From: Candidatus Saccharimonas aalborgensis
Lineage (GTDB): Bacteria; Patescibacteriota; Saccharimonadia; Saccharimonadales; Saccharimonadaceae
Direction of reading: 5' to 3'
Assembly (NCBI RefSeq): GCF_000392435.1
Contig: NC_021219.1
Location: 810,001 to 842,000 of the forward strand
DNA: 32,000 nucleotides
In this document: positions 23,171 to 32,000 of the stretch, one piece after another
Numbering within the stretch: position 1 is the first letter of the stretch
How the letters are laid out: every line of letters begins with the position of its first letter
Notes under the pieces: model-generated
Databases searched by the model: none
Told to the model about the DNA's origin: nothing
What the model saw: only the letters and a program-made list of their open reading frames with translations
Position numbers and translations under genes: made by a program

Positions 23171-23947
23171 TTATCTTTGTTGAGGTGGAAGTGGCACCAG
23201 TACTGAGGTGGCTCGGCGGTACTCGTTCCAATTTGGGTAGCGACTTGATCTCTGCTCGCTCGGTGGGATTCCTGATATAAAGATAATTAAAATACTGATC
23301 GTGGCAGCGCCAATCGTCGCGAGCCACCAAGAGGGCGAACTCAATGAGAGACACGCGATTCCCCACCACATCACGAGTTCTCCAAAATAATTTGGATGAC
23401 GTGAGTATCGCCATAGGCCACTCGTCATAAGTGTGCCGGGTTTTTGTGCAACATGGCTGCGGAGCTGGTAATCAGCGACCGACTCAATGATAAATCCGCC
23501 GACCCAGAGGACAAGCCCTAATGCGGTCAATGATGACACCGCTGGTTTGTCAAGCCAGAGCGCGATACCCGGAAGAGATACGATAACGGCGAGGACTGCT
23601 TGTACTAGGTAGATACGAAAAAATGTTTGTAAACCAACAAACCGTTTGGGCCATTGTTTTTTGAGCGCTACGTAGCGCGGGTCTTCTGCTTTGGCGTGAA
23701 GCCAGCGTTTTCCGATGTGAAACGATAGTCGGAGTGCCCACAAGCAGATGCAGGCGCTGGCAGCAATCGCTACGGTTGAGTGAGTAAAATGAAATGGTAT
23801 TTGAACGATTACCGATGCCAAGATTGCCATCCCCCATGCGACATCGACGCCATCGTAGCGTTTCTTGTACCAGCCAACAACAAAAGCACAACTCATAACA
23901 GCGAGTGCTGCAAAAAAACTAACCGCAAGATCGCCTATGACCACCAT
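23171..23947 (-). CDS. DUF1295 / steroid-5-alpha-reductase-like membrane protein
   Basis: Polytopic membrane protein with EDPRY and the signature GLWRYSRHPNYFGELVMWWG. Confidence 0.75.
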   Translation of the reverse strand: MVVIGDLAVSFFAALAVMSCAFVVGWYKKRYDGVDVAWGMAILASVIVQIPFHFTHSTVAIAASACICLWALRLSFHIGKRWLHAKAEDPRYVALKKQWPKRFVGLQTFFRIYLVQAVLAVIVSLPGIALWLDKPAVSSLTALGLVLWVGGFIIESVADYQLRSHVAQKPGTLMTSGLWRYSRHPNYFGELVMWWGIACLSLSSPSWWLATIGAATISILIIFISGIPPSEQRSSRYPNWNEYRRATSVLVPLPPQQR

Positions 23948-24342
23948 GTTCGCATCACCCAGTAGGCAATACCCGACACTGTGGCAGTCAACACCGTGCC
24001 CCAGATCAGGTCCACTATCACTAAGGTAAGAGGCCAGTTTTTGAGTGTGGCAAGATTGGTGAGGTCATAGGTTGCATAGGCGACGAACCCAAAGAGAGCG
24101 CCCATTCCTAGGGCATAGTGCCATGACTGCTTATCGAGTGCTGGTGATAATACAAATGCGACGATGCCGATGACATAAATAACATAAAATAGCACGGCTG
24201 CCGCCATGTTTGGCTTATCCATAAGGAGCGATCCGATTTGCGAGCGGTAAAACTTGTTGGCAACGACACTAAGCCATAGCCCATCGAATACACCCATTAC
24301 GACGCCAGTGACGACGAGTCTCACTAGAAATTGTTCAACCAT
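23935..24342 (-). CDS. DUF2177-like small membrane protein
   Basis: 135-aa, 4-TM protein (FDGLWLSVVANKFYRSQIGSLL...). It overlaps the downstream gene by 13 bp and lies 4 bp from the upstream MMPL stop. Confidence 0.6.
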   Translation of the reverse strand: MVEQFLVRLVVTGVVMGVFDGLWLSVVANKFYRSQIGSLLMDKPNMAAAVLFYVIYVIGIVAFVLSPALDKQSWHYALGMGALFGFVAYATYDLTNLATLKNWPLTLVIVDLIWGTVLTATVSGIAYWVMRTWWS

Positions 24343-24346
24343 ACTA

Positions 24347-26569
24347 CTATTCCCCCTTCCGCTGACGGGCTAGTTTGCTTGGCCACCACATCGGCCGCCC
24401 GATATCGATTGTGAGGCTTGGTACGAGGAGTGACCGAACGATAATTGTATCGAGCAGAACACCAAATGCCACGATAAAGGCAAGTTGCGCCAAAAATAGA
24501 ATTGGGATAACACCCAGTGCCGCAAATGTCGATGCTAGCACAACGCCAGCACTGGTAATGACCCCTCCAGTGACAACGAGTGCCTTGATGGTACCATCCA
24601 CTACCCCCCTTTTGTTGATCTCCTCGCGCACCCGTGTCATCAAGAAGATATTGTAGTCAATACCAAGTGCGACCAGGAAAACAAATCCAAATAACACAAC
24701 AGATGGGTCTGCGCCCGGGAATTGGAATACGTGGTTAAACAAGACTGCCGATACGCCAAGTGTCGCCTCGAAAGAAACGACTGTTGTTAGGAGCAGTATG
24801 ATTGGTGCCACTAGGGAGCGTAGCAGAACCACTAAGATGACTGTAATGGCTGCTAAGATGAGCGGAATAATAACATAACGGTCGCGCTCAGATGAGATAA
24901 TGGTGTCATATTGGACTGCGCTGATACCGCCTACCTTGATACTGTTTTCGAGCGGATGGAGGGCAGTCCTGAGCCTGACGATTGTCGCTCGCGCCGCCTG
25001 TGTATCCGCGCCATCTGTTAAAGTCACCTGGAGAAGTACCATTCCGTCGATGACTTTTGGCGTGGCGTTTTTGAAGGGCGAAAACGATTCAACTGGGGTG
25101 CCGGCAGGGATTTGACCACGCTTTGCGATAGCTGCCTGCAAGGTTTCGAGCAGTTTTTGCTTACTTTTGCCAATCGGGGCGGTTCCAGATGGTGATCCAG
25201 TGGCAGTGATGGCCGTAGAGGCAACGCCTGGATCGGCATCAATCACTGTGACAGATTGATCGACCTTTGATTCCGGAACAATAACGTAGGTAGGAGATCC
25301 CGAACCGCCCGGGAAATGATCGTTGAGGATAGCTTGAGCATCCCGTGCTTCTGACTTCCCTAGTACAAAATCACTTTGGGCAACACCGTCGGCTTTTAGT
25401 TGGAAATACCCCGCACACGCGACAATCAATAGTGCGGATGTTACTATCCAAACACGGCGTGGGTATTTACGTACGAAGGCTCCTACTGAGGCCCATAATC
25501 TGTGGCGCTGCTCGTATTTGTCATTGTGCGTTAGGTCGTACTGCGGCTTGCGAGGCCAGAAGGCCGTGCGTCCCGCCAGCAGCAATGCGGCCGGCAGAAA
25601 GGTCAGGCTGCTGATAATGGCTAAAATAATTCCGATTGAGCCTACCGGTCCAAGTGCTTTGTTTGATCCTAAGTCAGATAGCAGGAGGAAGAGCAGCCCA
25701 ACAATGACGGTACCGCCTGCTGCCACAATCGGTTCCCATGAGCCTTTGAGTGCGGCCTTTGTTGCTTCCCATGTCGTGCGGTGTTCACTCAACTCTTCGC
25801 GTAGGCGGGCGATGTAGAGTAGCGAGTAATCGGTCGCAGCACCAATAACCAGGATCGACAAAATCCCCTGCACTTGTCCGTTGAGCTGGATGGCACCATT
25901 TGCAGCCAAATGGTACACGATGATAATTGCCGCTGATAATGCGCTGATTGACCCCAAGAGAACGATGACCGGCAGTAAAGGTGATCGGTACACTATGAGC
26001 AAAATAACAAATACAACGGCGAGTGCTACCAATAATAACGTGACGTCGATGCCACCGAAGGCATTTTGCAAATCACGGGCGAATGAGGCCGGTCCTGCTA
26101 GTTTGTAGCTAATGCCAATGCCAGCACCATCGATCGTCGACTTCAGGGCTGGAAAGATAGTTTTGAACTCAGCCCCTGAAGCAAGGGGAATCACAATGAT
26201 AGCTGCCTTGCCATCATCTGAGCGAATCGGTGGTGAAATATCGCTAGAAACGCCCTCAATTGAGCGTAGTTGCTTGGCTGAATCTGTCAATTTCACCATA
26301 TCACTATCGCTTATATCGCGGTTAGTGTCGTGAAAAACTGCAATAAGCGGGATCGTAGAACTGTCACGAAACTTGAGTAGCTCGGTGTTTACAGCAGTTG
26401 CTTCAGCGCTTTTTGGCAAAAAGTTAGTGAGGTCGTTGCTCGAAACTTTACTAATCTTTCCAAAATACGGTCCGCCGATGCCAGAGACTGCCAGCCACCC
26501 GACGACAATAAGTGCTGAGAGACCGTATAGCCAACGAGAAGATACACGGGAGCGGGATTTTTTTGTCAT
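24347..26569 (-). CDS. MMPL-family (RND superfamily) membrane transporter
   Basis: Two 6-TM bundles with large extracytoplasmic loops and a typical N-terminus, RWLYGLSALIVVGWLAVSGIGGPYFGKIS...SNDLTNFLPKSAEA. The start at ATG 26569 is preferred because the longer track ORF would run into the terminator hairpin at 26623-26652. Confidence 0.85.
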   Translation of the reverse strand: MTKKSRSRVSSRWLYGLSALIVVGWLAVSGIGGPYFGKISKVSSNDLTNFLPKSAEATAVNTELLKFRDSSTIPLIAVFHDTNRDISDSDMVKLTDSAKQLRSIEGVSSDISPPIRSDDGKAAIIVIPLASGAEFKTIFPALKSTIDGAGIGISYKLAGPASFARDLQNAFGGIDVTLLLVALAVVFVILLIVYRSPLLPVIVLLGSISALSAAIIIVYHLAANGAIQLNGQVQGILSILVIGAATDYSLLYIARLREELSEHRTTWEATKAALKGSWEPIVAAGGTVIVGLLFLLLSDLGSNKALGPVGSIGIILAIISSLTFLPAALLLAGRTAFWPRKPQYDLTHNDKYEQRHRLWASVGAFVRKYPRRVWIVTSALLIVACAGYFQLKADGVAQSDFVLGKSEARDAQAILNDHFPGGSGSPTYVIVPESKVDQSVTVIDADPGVASTAITATGSPSGTAPIGKSKQKLLETLQAAIAKRGQIPAGTPVESFSPFKNATPKVIDGMVLLQVTLTDGADTQAARATIVRLRTALHPLENSIKVGGISAVQYDTIISSERDRYVIIPLILAAITVILVVLLRSLVAPIILLLTTVVSFEATLGVSAVLFNHVFQFPGADPSVVLFGFVFLVALGIDYNIFLMTRVREEINKRGVVDGTIKALVVTGGVITSAGVVLASTFAALGVIPILFLAQLAFIVAFGVLLDTIIVRSLLVPSLTIDIGRPMWWPSKLARQRKGE

Positions 26570-26622
26570 CGTACCTGTTATTGTATATGGTTTGGAGGAG
26601 TATTGATAGTGATTCTTTAAAG

Positions 26623-26652
26623 AAAACACCTCTTACTAACAAGAGGTGTTTT
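26623..26652 (-). terminator. Rho-independent terminator after the PepSY-like gene
   Basis: Perfect 12-bp stem AAAACACCTCTT / AAGAGGTGTTTT with a 6-nt loop, and a T-rich 3' flank on the minus strand. Confidence 0.75.
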
Positions 26653-26679
26653 CTCGACCGAGGAGAGGACAGAGGGCGG

Positions 26680-27198
26680 CTAGTTTTGCTGTGAAGAGTC
26701 AGCAGTAGTGCTGCTGTCCCGTGGGGGTCGTGGACCTCGCGGTCCTGGACTGTTTGGCCCATCCTCTGTACTAGTAACCGTGAAGTTCGTGTCGAGATAG
26801 ACGGTAGTGTGAGAACCGTCAGATTTCCTCATATGAACTTCGTAGGTTCCCTTGCCGTCGGCTTCGGTTTCGGCGCGAAGCACGGTAGCACCCGATACCT
26901 TTGCGGTCGCTGCGGCTGTGGCCTTCTCGAGATCAGTTCCCGTGAGAAGTGTTTCTGCCTTGCCGTTTGCAGTGTGACCACCTTTTGATTCGTCAAACAC
27001 AGGTGGACGCTGTGTCGATGTATCGTTTTGGGTGGATGTCGAGGTGCTTCCTATTGACGAACTAGCGCTTGTCAACGCATTGGCAACATTAGTAGCTGCG
27101 CTCACAGTAGCGATTGTTCCTACAACCCCTAGTGTAGCGAGGGCTGGGATAAGTAATTTATTGTTGGCTATGATAGTCTCCTTTCGTATTATGCTCAT
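26680..27198 (-). CDS. Secreted/anchored PepSY-like domain protein with low-complexity linkers
   Basis: N-terminal signal/anchor (LLIPALATLGVVGTIATVSA) and a PepSY-like core, GATVLRAETEADGKGTYEVHMRKSDGSHTTVYLDTNFTV. Confidence 0.6.
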   Translation of the reverse strand: MSIIRKETIIANNKLLIPALATLGVVGTIATVSAATNVANALTSASSSIGSTSTSTQNDTSTQRPPVFDESKGGHTANGKAETLLTGTDLEKATAAATAKVSGATVLRAETEADGKGTYEVHMRKSDGSHTTVYLDTNFTVTSTEDGPNSPGPRGPRPPRDSSTTADSSQQN

Positions 27199-27332
27199 CC
27201 GGATTGAGCGACCAGACTCTTAGCTGGTCGATACCAACTATAAGGAGCCAAGCTTGAAATTAACTGAAACAGAGATAGTCTAGCGGTCTCGATAACAATT
27301 TTTGTATACCACTTCCAGTGTTGTTGTGCATA

Positions 27333-28766
27333 TTAGGTTGTTACGCTCTTTCGGATACCGATACCGCCTACTGGGCCTTCGCTGCCCTTTGTGTAGGATT
27401 CGGGTATAGAATTGTGATTACGCCATGTTTGGATGATGGGCTCGAGGATTTCCCAGCACGCCAGAACTTCTGCACTTGTCGAAAAGAGCGTTTGGTCGCC
27501 AGCAATCGCGTCAAAAAGTACTCGTTCGTAGGCTTCCGGATTCTTACCCTCGAAGGCCGTATTGTAGGAGAAGTTCATCGATACTGGCCGTGTTTCATAG
27601 CCAAAGCCGGGTGACTTTGCGGTGAGCTGCAGTTCAATGCCTTCATCTGGTTGTACGTGGATGGTGAGAGTGTTTCGTCCGCTATCAATATTGTGCCGGT
27701 CCCGAAAGACTACTTCGATCGAGGTGTCTTTGTGATCGAGTGCTTTGCCCGTCTCTAATACCACGGGAACGCCGTGCCATTCGGGGAGGTCAACACCAAG
27801 TTTTACTATGGCGTAGGTCTCAACCTGCGATTCAGGGTTATTCACCTCTTCCCGATAGCCTTGGTATTGTCCACGGTTTGCAAACTCGTCAATCGGTTCG
27901 GTGGGTAGTTTGATGGCACCGAGCAGCGCATTTTTTTGCTCATGGATAGCGTGACTTTCCATGGCAGTTGGCGCATCCATCATGATGAGTGCCATTAGTT
28001 GCAACAAATGACTTTGCAGTAAGTCTCGAAGTGCACCAAGACTCTCATAGAAGTCGCTTCGCCCCTCGATATCAATTTTCTCGAGGGCGCGGATGTGAAT
28101 ATAGTCAATCCCATCGCGGTTCCAAATACTGCGAATGAGCGGGTTTTGGAAGCGGAACGTCAGGATATTTTGGACTGTTTCTTTCGCCAAGTAGTGGTCG
28201 ATGCGGTAAATTTGATGTTCCTCGAAGTGTGTTTTGATTGAGTCAATCAGATCTCTTGCTGATGCAAGATCACTGCCGAAAGGTTTTTCGATGAAAATGC
28301 GTCGGGCGACACCATCATACTCCTTGTTAAGTTCGGCCGCGCCGAGGCACGCGATAACTGGCTTAAAGATACTCGGTGGAATGGCCAGGTAGAAGATTCG
28401 CTGATGGGCAACACTGAATTCGTGATCTATGCCGTCAAGCATATCACGGAGTCGATAGTAGTCTTCTTGGTTTGTACTATCCATGATAATTGGTCGGATT
28501 AGTGATTTGAGACGCGCCAAAATTGCGGGGTCACATTCGCGGTGTTGTCGTAGCATTGTCACCTCAACTTGACTCATGACGGTATCGAGTGCCGCACTTG
28601 ACTGTCGGAAGATCGCGACGATACTCAGGCGCTCTGGCAAATGCCCATAGGCCAAGAGCTCGTAGAGTGCAGGAAAAAGCTTGATTTGAGCAAGGTTTCC
28701 TGAAGCACCAAAGATAACAAGCGTGGTGGGGTTTGAGAGCGTTTGTAAGTGAGAATTACTACCCAT
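27333..28766 (-). CDS. zwf: Glucose-6-phosphate 1-dehydrogenase
   Basis: NADP-binding LVIFGASGNLAQIKLFPALYEL, the signature RIDHYLAKETVQNIL, and EKPFG. The start ATG directly abuts the upstream stop (TAGATG). Confidence 0.92.
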   Translation of the reverse strand: MGSNSHLQTLSNPTTLVIFGASGNLAQIKLFPALYELLAYGHLPERLSIVAIFRQSSAALDTVMSQVEVTMLRQHRECDPAILARLKSLIRPIIMDSTNQEDYYRLRDMLDGIDHEFSVAHQRIFYLAIPPSIFKPVIACLGAAELNKEYDGVARRIFIEKPFGSDLASARDLIDSIKTHFEEHQIYRIDHYLAKETVQNILTFRFQNPLIRSIWNRDGIDYIHIRALEKIDIEGRSDFYESLGALRDLLQSHLLQLMALIMMDAPTAMESHAIHEQKNALLGAIKLPTEPIDEFANRGQYQGYREEVNNPESQVETYAIVKLGVDLPEWHGVPVVLETGKALDHKDTSIEVVFRDRHNIDSGRNTLTIHVQPDEGIELQLTAKSPGFGYETRPVSMNFSYNTAFEGKNPEAYERVLFDAIAGDQTLFSTSAEVLACWEILEPIIQTWRNHNSIPESYTKGSEGPVGGIGIRKSVTT

Positions 28767-30332
28767 CTATTTTTCCTCGTGGTTTATCGCATGACCGCCA
28801 AACTTATTGCGTAGCCCTGCAAGTAATTTAGTGGCAAAAGTATGGTGCCCCTCTTGGCTAGCTTGCCGTACTGCGAGTGCTTCACGGAGCGCCGGCATCG
28901 GTACTTGAGCCGCCTCAGCAGTTTCGTAGGTCCAACGACCTTCGCCTGAGTCAGCGACGTAGCCATCAATACCCTCTAGCTCAGGATTTTCTGAGAGTAA
29001 CTGCTCTATAAGCTCGTTGAGCGAAGAAGCAATAATACTACCACCCTGCCAAACGTGAGCAATTTCTGCGAGGTTGAGACCAGGTATCTCGCCATATTTC
29101 AAGAGGTCATATCCTTCGGCGTAACTTTGCATCAGAGCGTATTCGATACCATTGTGTATCATTTTGACATAGTGCCCGCTTCCGGGAGTACCGGTATGAA
29201 TCCAGCGTCCGCGCGGCATAGATAGCACCTCAAACAGTGGCGAGAGTGTTTGAACAGCGGCTTGCTCGCCGCCCACCATGAGGCTAAACCCGTTTTCAAG
29301 GCCCATGATGCCACCACTCGTGCCGGCATCAACGTACCGTATCTGGTGATCACGCAGGTCATCGGCGCGTCGAAGAGTGTCGTGAAAGTTTGAATTGCCA
29401 CCGTCGATCAGCATACTCCCTGCGGGAAGGAGGGTTTTGTAGGCGGCAACTTCTTGCTCAACATAGTCTGAGGGAATCATCAGCCAGATGATGGGGGTAT
29501 CACCCAGGGCTGCCACAAGTTCCTCGCGCGACGAGGCGGCCTCTGCTCCTTTTTCGGCGCAGGCGGCGACAGCGCTAGAATTGACATCGAAGACAACGAT
29601 GGAGTGTCCCGCTCCCAGTAGCTTTTCGACGATTTGACTCCCCATTTTTCCTAATCCGACAAAGCCGATTTTCATTGTCCCTCCCTCCTTATCTAGATAT
29701 ACCTCGTAGTGTTTTGTAGTTCGCAAAAATTCGACCGGGAATGTATCGGCCGGCTGAGCGAGACTGTTGAATTGATCGAGAACGGCTGCTTTAGCGGCAC
29801 CTTTCGTATAGACAAAGGCGTGATCGATCGACGAAAAAAATGCTCCTGAGATCGTAATACGCTCAAAGTCCGCAGCTTCATAATCACTTGCTGCGTTATC
29901 GCTATGGCAGGCGGGTGAACTGGGTTTGATACCGGCAATGTGCCCATCTTCTCCAATACCAAGAAGTGCGACGATGGTTGCACCTAATTGGTGCTGATGC
30001 TCGAGAAACGCTGAAAATGCCTGGCTGTCCTGCTGGCGGCTACCCCCTGAGAGTACGGGCACAAAGGATGCTTCTGGCAAGAGGTGCGCGGAGCGCGAGA
30101 CCGCCTGCCAGTTTGAGTGGTTATCCTTGATGGGTACGTAGCGTTCATCGCTCAGGGTGATTGTCAGACTATGCTGATATGGCAGAAGTGCCCTAAAAAG
30201 TGGTTCTATAGCCTGGCTCGCCGAACCACCCGGCAGCAGCAGAAGAACCTTATTGCCACTATCATGAGCCGCTCGAACTGCTCGCTCTATAGCATCAATG
30301 AGTTGTTGGGTAACAGGAGTAAGCTGGGTCAT
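28767..30332 (-). CDS. Single ORF fusing a 6-phosphogluconolactonase-like N-domain to a short-type 6-phosphogluconate dehydrogenase
   Basis: N-domain: LLLPGGSASQ...LSDERYVP...LGIGEDGHIAGI. C-domain, from the internal ATG at 29675: MKIGFVGLGKMGSQIVEKLL...KMIHNGIEYALMQSYAEGY. There is no stop between the two domains, and an internal SD (AAGGAGGGAGGG) precedes the internal ATG. Confidence 0.85.
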   Translation of the reverse strand: MTQLTPVTQQLIDAIERAVRAAHDSGNKVLLLLPGGSASQAIEPLFRALLPYQHSLTITLSDERYVPIKDNHSNWQAVSRSAHLLPEASFVPVLSGGSRQQDSQAFSAFLEHQHQLGATIVALLGIGEDGHIAGIKPSSPACHSDNAASDYEAADFERITISGAFFSSIDHAFVYTKGAAKAAVLDQFNSLAQPADTFPVEFLRTTKHYEVYLDKEGGTMKIGFVGLGKMGSQIVEKLLGAGHSIVVFDVNSSAVAACAEKGAEAASSREELVAALGDTPIIWLMIPSDYVEQEVAAYKTLLPAGSMLIDGGNSNFHDTLRRADDLRDHQIRYVDAGTSGGIMGLENGFSLMVGGEQAAVQTLSPLFEVLSMPRGRWIHTGTPGSGHYVKMIHNGIEYALMQSYAEGYDLLKYGEIPGLNLAEIAHVWQGGSIIASSLNELIEQLLSENPELEGIDGYVADSGEGRWTYETAEAAQVPMPALREALAVRQASQEGHHTFATKLLAGLRNKFGGHAINHEEK

Positions 30333-30965
30333 TTAGTGGAGCACATCGATTACAAGTGGTGTGGTATTATCCCAGCTCGTATCGACATAGAGCAGCAATG
30401 TGTCAGCTTTTTTTGGAACGGCAAAGCTGATCTGTCCCGTAGCTGTTGCTCCCGGTGCGAGGTCCTGGGCGGCGATGGGATTCTTAACATGCATTGAAGC
30501 GTGGAGTGCCGAGTATTCTCCCTCGGGGGTTCGGACAAACAACTGGTTGACGGGAATAAACGGCTTCGCCGTAGAAGTACGATTGGTAATCGTAAAACTC
30601 ATGATGAGCATTGTTTTGCCTTCTTCGACTCCGAAAGCGGGGTCTTCGGCACTATTTATGGTGACGTCCCTGACCGATGCCTCAAATGCACTGTTGAATG
30701 TAGGGTCGAGAGTTTTTGTGACATGCGTCGTCGCGGCCGAAACGGCGACAGCTCGTAGTTTGCTCTCGTTTTGTTTGGTGACTTCTACCCAAAAAAGCGT
30801 ATTGATGACCACTAGAGCGGCAATGCCAAGCACCAGTGTTCCCATAAGGAGACTATTCTCATCGGTAAAGCGACGAAAACGACCATATTCTTTTTTTAAT
30901 TCGCCTACTTCATCCGCAATGAACTCAGCGGGGGTGGTGTGTTTTTTGTGAAATAGTTTACGCAT
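30333..30965 (-). CDS. Membrane-anchored DUF4352-like (Ig-like extracellular) protein
   Basis: One TM helix (LLMGTLVLGIAALVVINTLFWV), then a beta-rich domain ending ...APGATATGQISFAVPKKADTLLLYVD. The start ATG at 30965 follows GGAG. Confidence 0.6.
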   Translation of the reverse strand: MRKLFHKKHTTPAEFIADEVGELKKEYGRFRRFTDENSLLMGTLVLGIAALVVINTLFWVEVTKQNESKLRAVAVSAATTHVTKTLDPTFNSAFEASVRDVTINSAEDPAFGVEEGKTMLIMSFTITNRTSTAKPFIPVNQLFVRTPEGEYSALHASMHVKNPIAAQDLAPGATATGQISFAVPKKADTLLLYVDTSWDNTTPLVIDVLH

Positions 30966-30976
30966 CACATCTCCTT

Positions 30977-32000
30977 TTATGGTTTGGTTGCATCATAATA
31001 CCCCACACGGTACCCGAGTAAGAGGCTGCTAGCAGAATTGTTGATGGTGGCACTGCCGTGCGCGTGAGTAGTTGCTCCGCCGCTATCCTGATAACCTGGT
31101 ATGCTTGCGGTACCTCTAAGAATCGTATTGATACTGTGATTACATGTGGCAGAAGTGTTCTCAAGTGTAGAGGTGGAGCCAGATTTAATGCCTCCCTTGT
31201 GTGTTGGCCGGAAGCTTGTGATGTTGACAACCCAGGTAGTGTTCCAACCCCAACAGTTGCCAATGGTACTGTGTGCGGCGAGATCGGTCGGTCCATAGCA
31301 AGGCGTTAGTCCGCCGCAATACACTGGTGCGGGGTCACTTACGGTAAGGTTGGTGCTGTTTGATGTGGTACCACCAGCGTTTGAGCAGCTAAGTGAATAC
31401 ACGTAGGTGCCTGCCGGTGATACGGCGCCGGTAGACTGTGATCCGCTGGCTGCTTTGCTACCAGACCAGTTGCCACCAGCTGTGCAGCTGGTGGGGCTAT
31501 TGGCTACGCTCCACGATACCGTAGCACTTCCACCTGTTGTAATACTGGATGGCGAAACAGAGATACTTATAGCAGGAGGGGTTACGACTGTAACGGTTGC
31601 AGAACCACTCCCAGAGCCTGAGGAGTTTGTGCACGTTAGTGTGTAGGTATAGGTACCGGCAGTTCCAATTGCTCCCGTGCTTGCTGAGCCATTAGCGCTT
31701 TGGCTACCGCTCCAGGAACCGCTACTTGTACAACTAGTGGGTGCATTTGTGGCAGACCATGTGAGCGTGCTAGCTGCGCCCGTGGCAATTGTTGTTGGTG
31801 AGGCGGTAATCGATACTGCGGGGGGATTCGAGGAAGTGCCGTTACTTACTGTGACGCTTGTACTTGCGCTCCCCGTTCCTCCGTCATTATTACAATCAAG
31901 GGTGTAGTTGTAGGTGCGGATCGTACCGAGACCACCAGTACTTACTGAGCCGCTCGCTGCTTTTGCTCCCGACCAGTCACCACTCGCATTACAGCTCAGC
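30977..32000 (-). CDS. C-terminal 340 codons of a large repetitive surface protein with tandem Ig-like repeats and a C-terminal domain with cytochrome-b5-like sequence features (tentative)
   Basis: I translated the minus strand by hand from 32000 to 30977 and found no stop. There is no in-frame start upstream of the GTG at 31402, which explains the truncated track ORF. The repeats follow the pattern P.A.SI..SP..I..G...T..WS..N.PTSCT..G.WSGS...G...TG.....GTY.Y.L.C.N. The tail contains YGPTDLAAHSTIGNCWGWNTTWVVNITSFRPTHKGG. Confidence 0.75.
   Translation of the reverse strand, partial: LSCNASGDWSGAKAASGSVSTGGLGTIRTYNYTLDCNNDGGTGSASTSVTVSNGTSSNPPAVSITASPTTIATGAASTLTWSATNAPTSCTSSGSWSGSQSANGSASTGAIGTAGTYTYTLTCTNSSGSGSGSATVTVVTPPAISISVSPSSITTGGSATVSWSVANSPTSCTAGGNWSGSKAASGSQSTGAVSPAGTYVYSLSCSNAGGTTSNSTNLTVSDPAPVYCGGLTPCYGPTDLAAHSTIGNCWGWNTTWVVNITSFRPTHKGGIKSGSTSTLENTSATCNHSINTILRGTASIPGYQDSGGATTHAHGSATINNSASSLLLGYRVGYYDATKP
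31334..32000 (-). repeat. Tandem 246-bp (82-codon) coding repeats, at least 2.7 copies
   Basis: Unit boundaries fall at 31334-31579 and 31580-31825, with a partial unit at 31826-32000. The two full units are the same length and roughly half-identical at the protein level. Confidence 0.8.

Overview
The window reads as a compact, mostly minus-strand bacterial chromosome segment. Gene content and the sortase/LAxTG biology suggest a small-genome Gram-positive-type or Patescibacteria/Saccharibacteria-like organism, but that is inference only.

Housekeeping genes:
- topA, dprA, pth, der and an RsuA/RluB-type pseudouridine synthase.
- A sigma-70-region-4/HARE-HTH protein and a ZIP metal transporter.
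- A histidine kinase/response regulator pair.
- An MMPL-DUF2177-DUF1295 operon.
- A tightly coupled oxidative pentose-phosphate operon (fused pgl-gnd, then zwf).
- A large repetitive surface protein running off the right edge.

Main result: bases 8269..16433 form an 8165-bp IS1595-family element.
- It has about 26-bp terminal inverted repeats and a perfect 8-bp target-site duplication (ATTACTTA).
- It sits between pth and der.
- Its cargo is a complete diversity-generating retroelement (DGR): a reverse transcriptase, a 186-bp TR/VR pair with 23 exclusively adenine-directed differences, an Avd-like protein, and a 667-aa surface target protein.
- The cargo also includes a sortase, a small PD-(D/E)xK-like ORF, a replication-relaxation-family protein and two unknown ORFs.

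Other points worth a second look:
- A (GA)18.5 microsatellite in the DGR target leader.
- An LANTG sorting-signal-like segment at the N-terminus, not the C-terminus, of the target.
- An orphan promoter-to-terminator unit of about 255 nt upstream of the ZIP gene, which may be an ncRNA or riboswitch-like leader.
- Several GC-rich single-gene islets with their own promoters or terminators, wedged between conserved genes.
- Proline-rich tails on both two-component proteins.

I found no rRNA, tRNA or CRISPR array.
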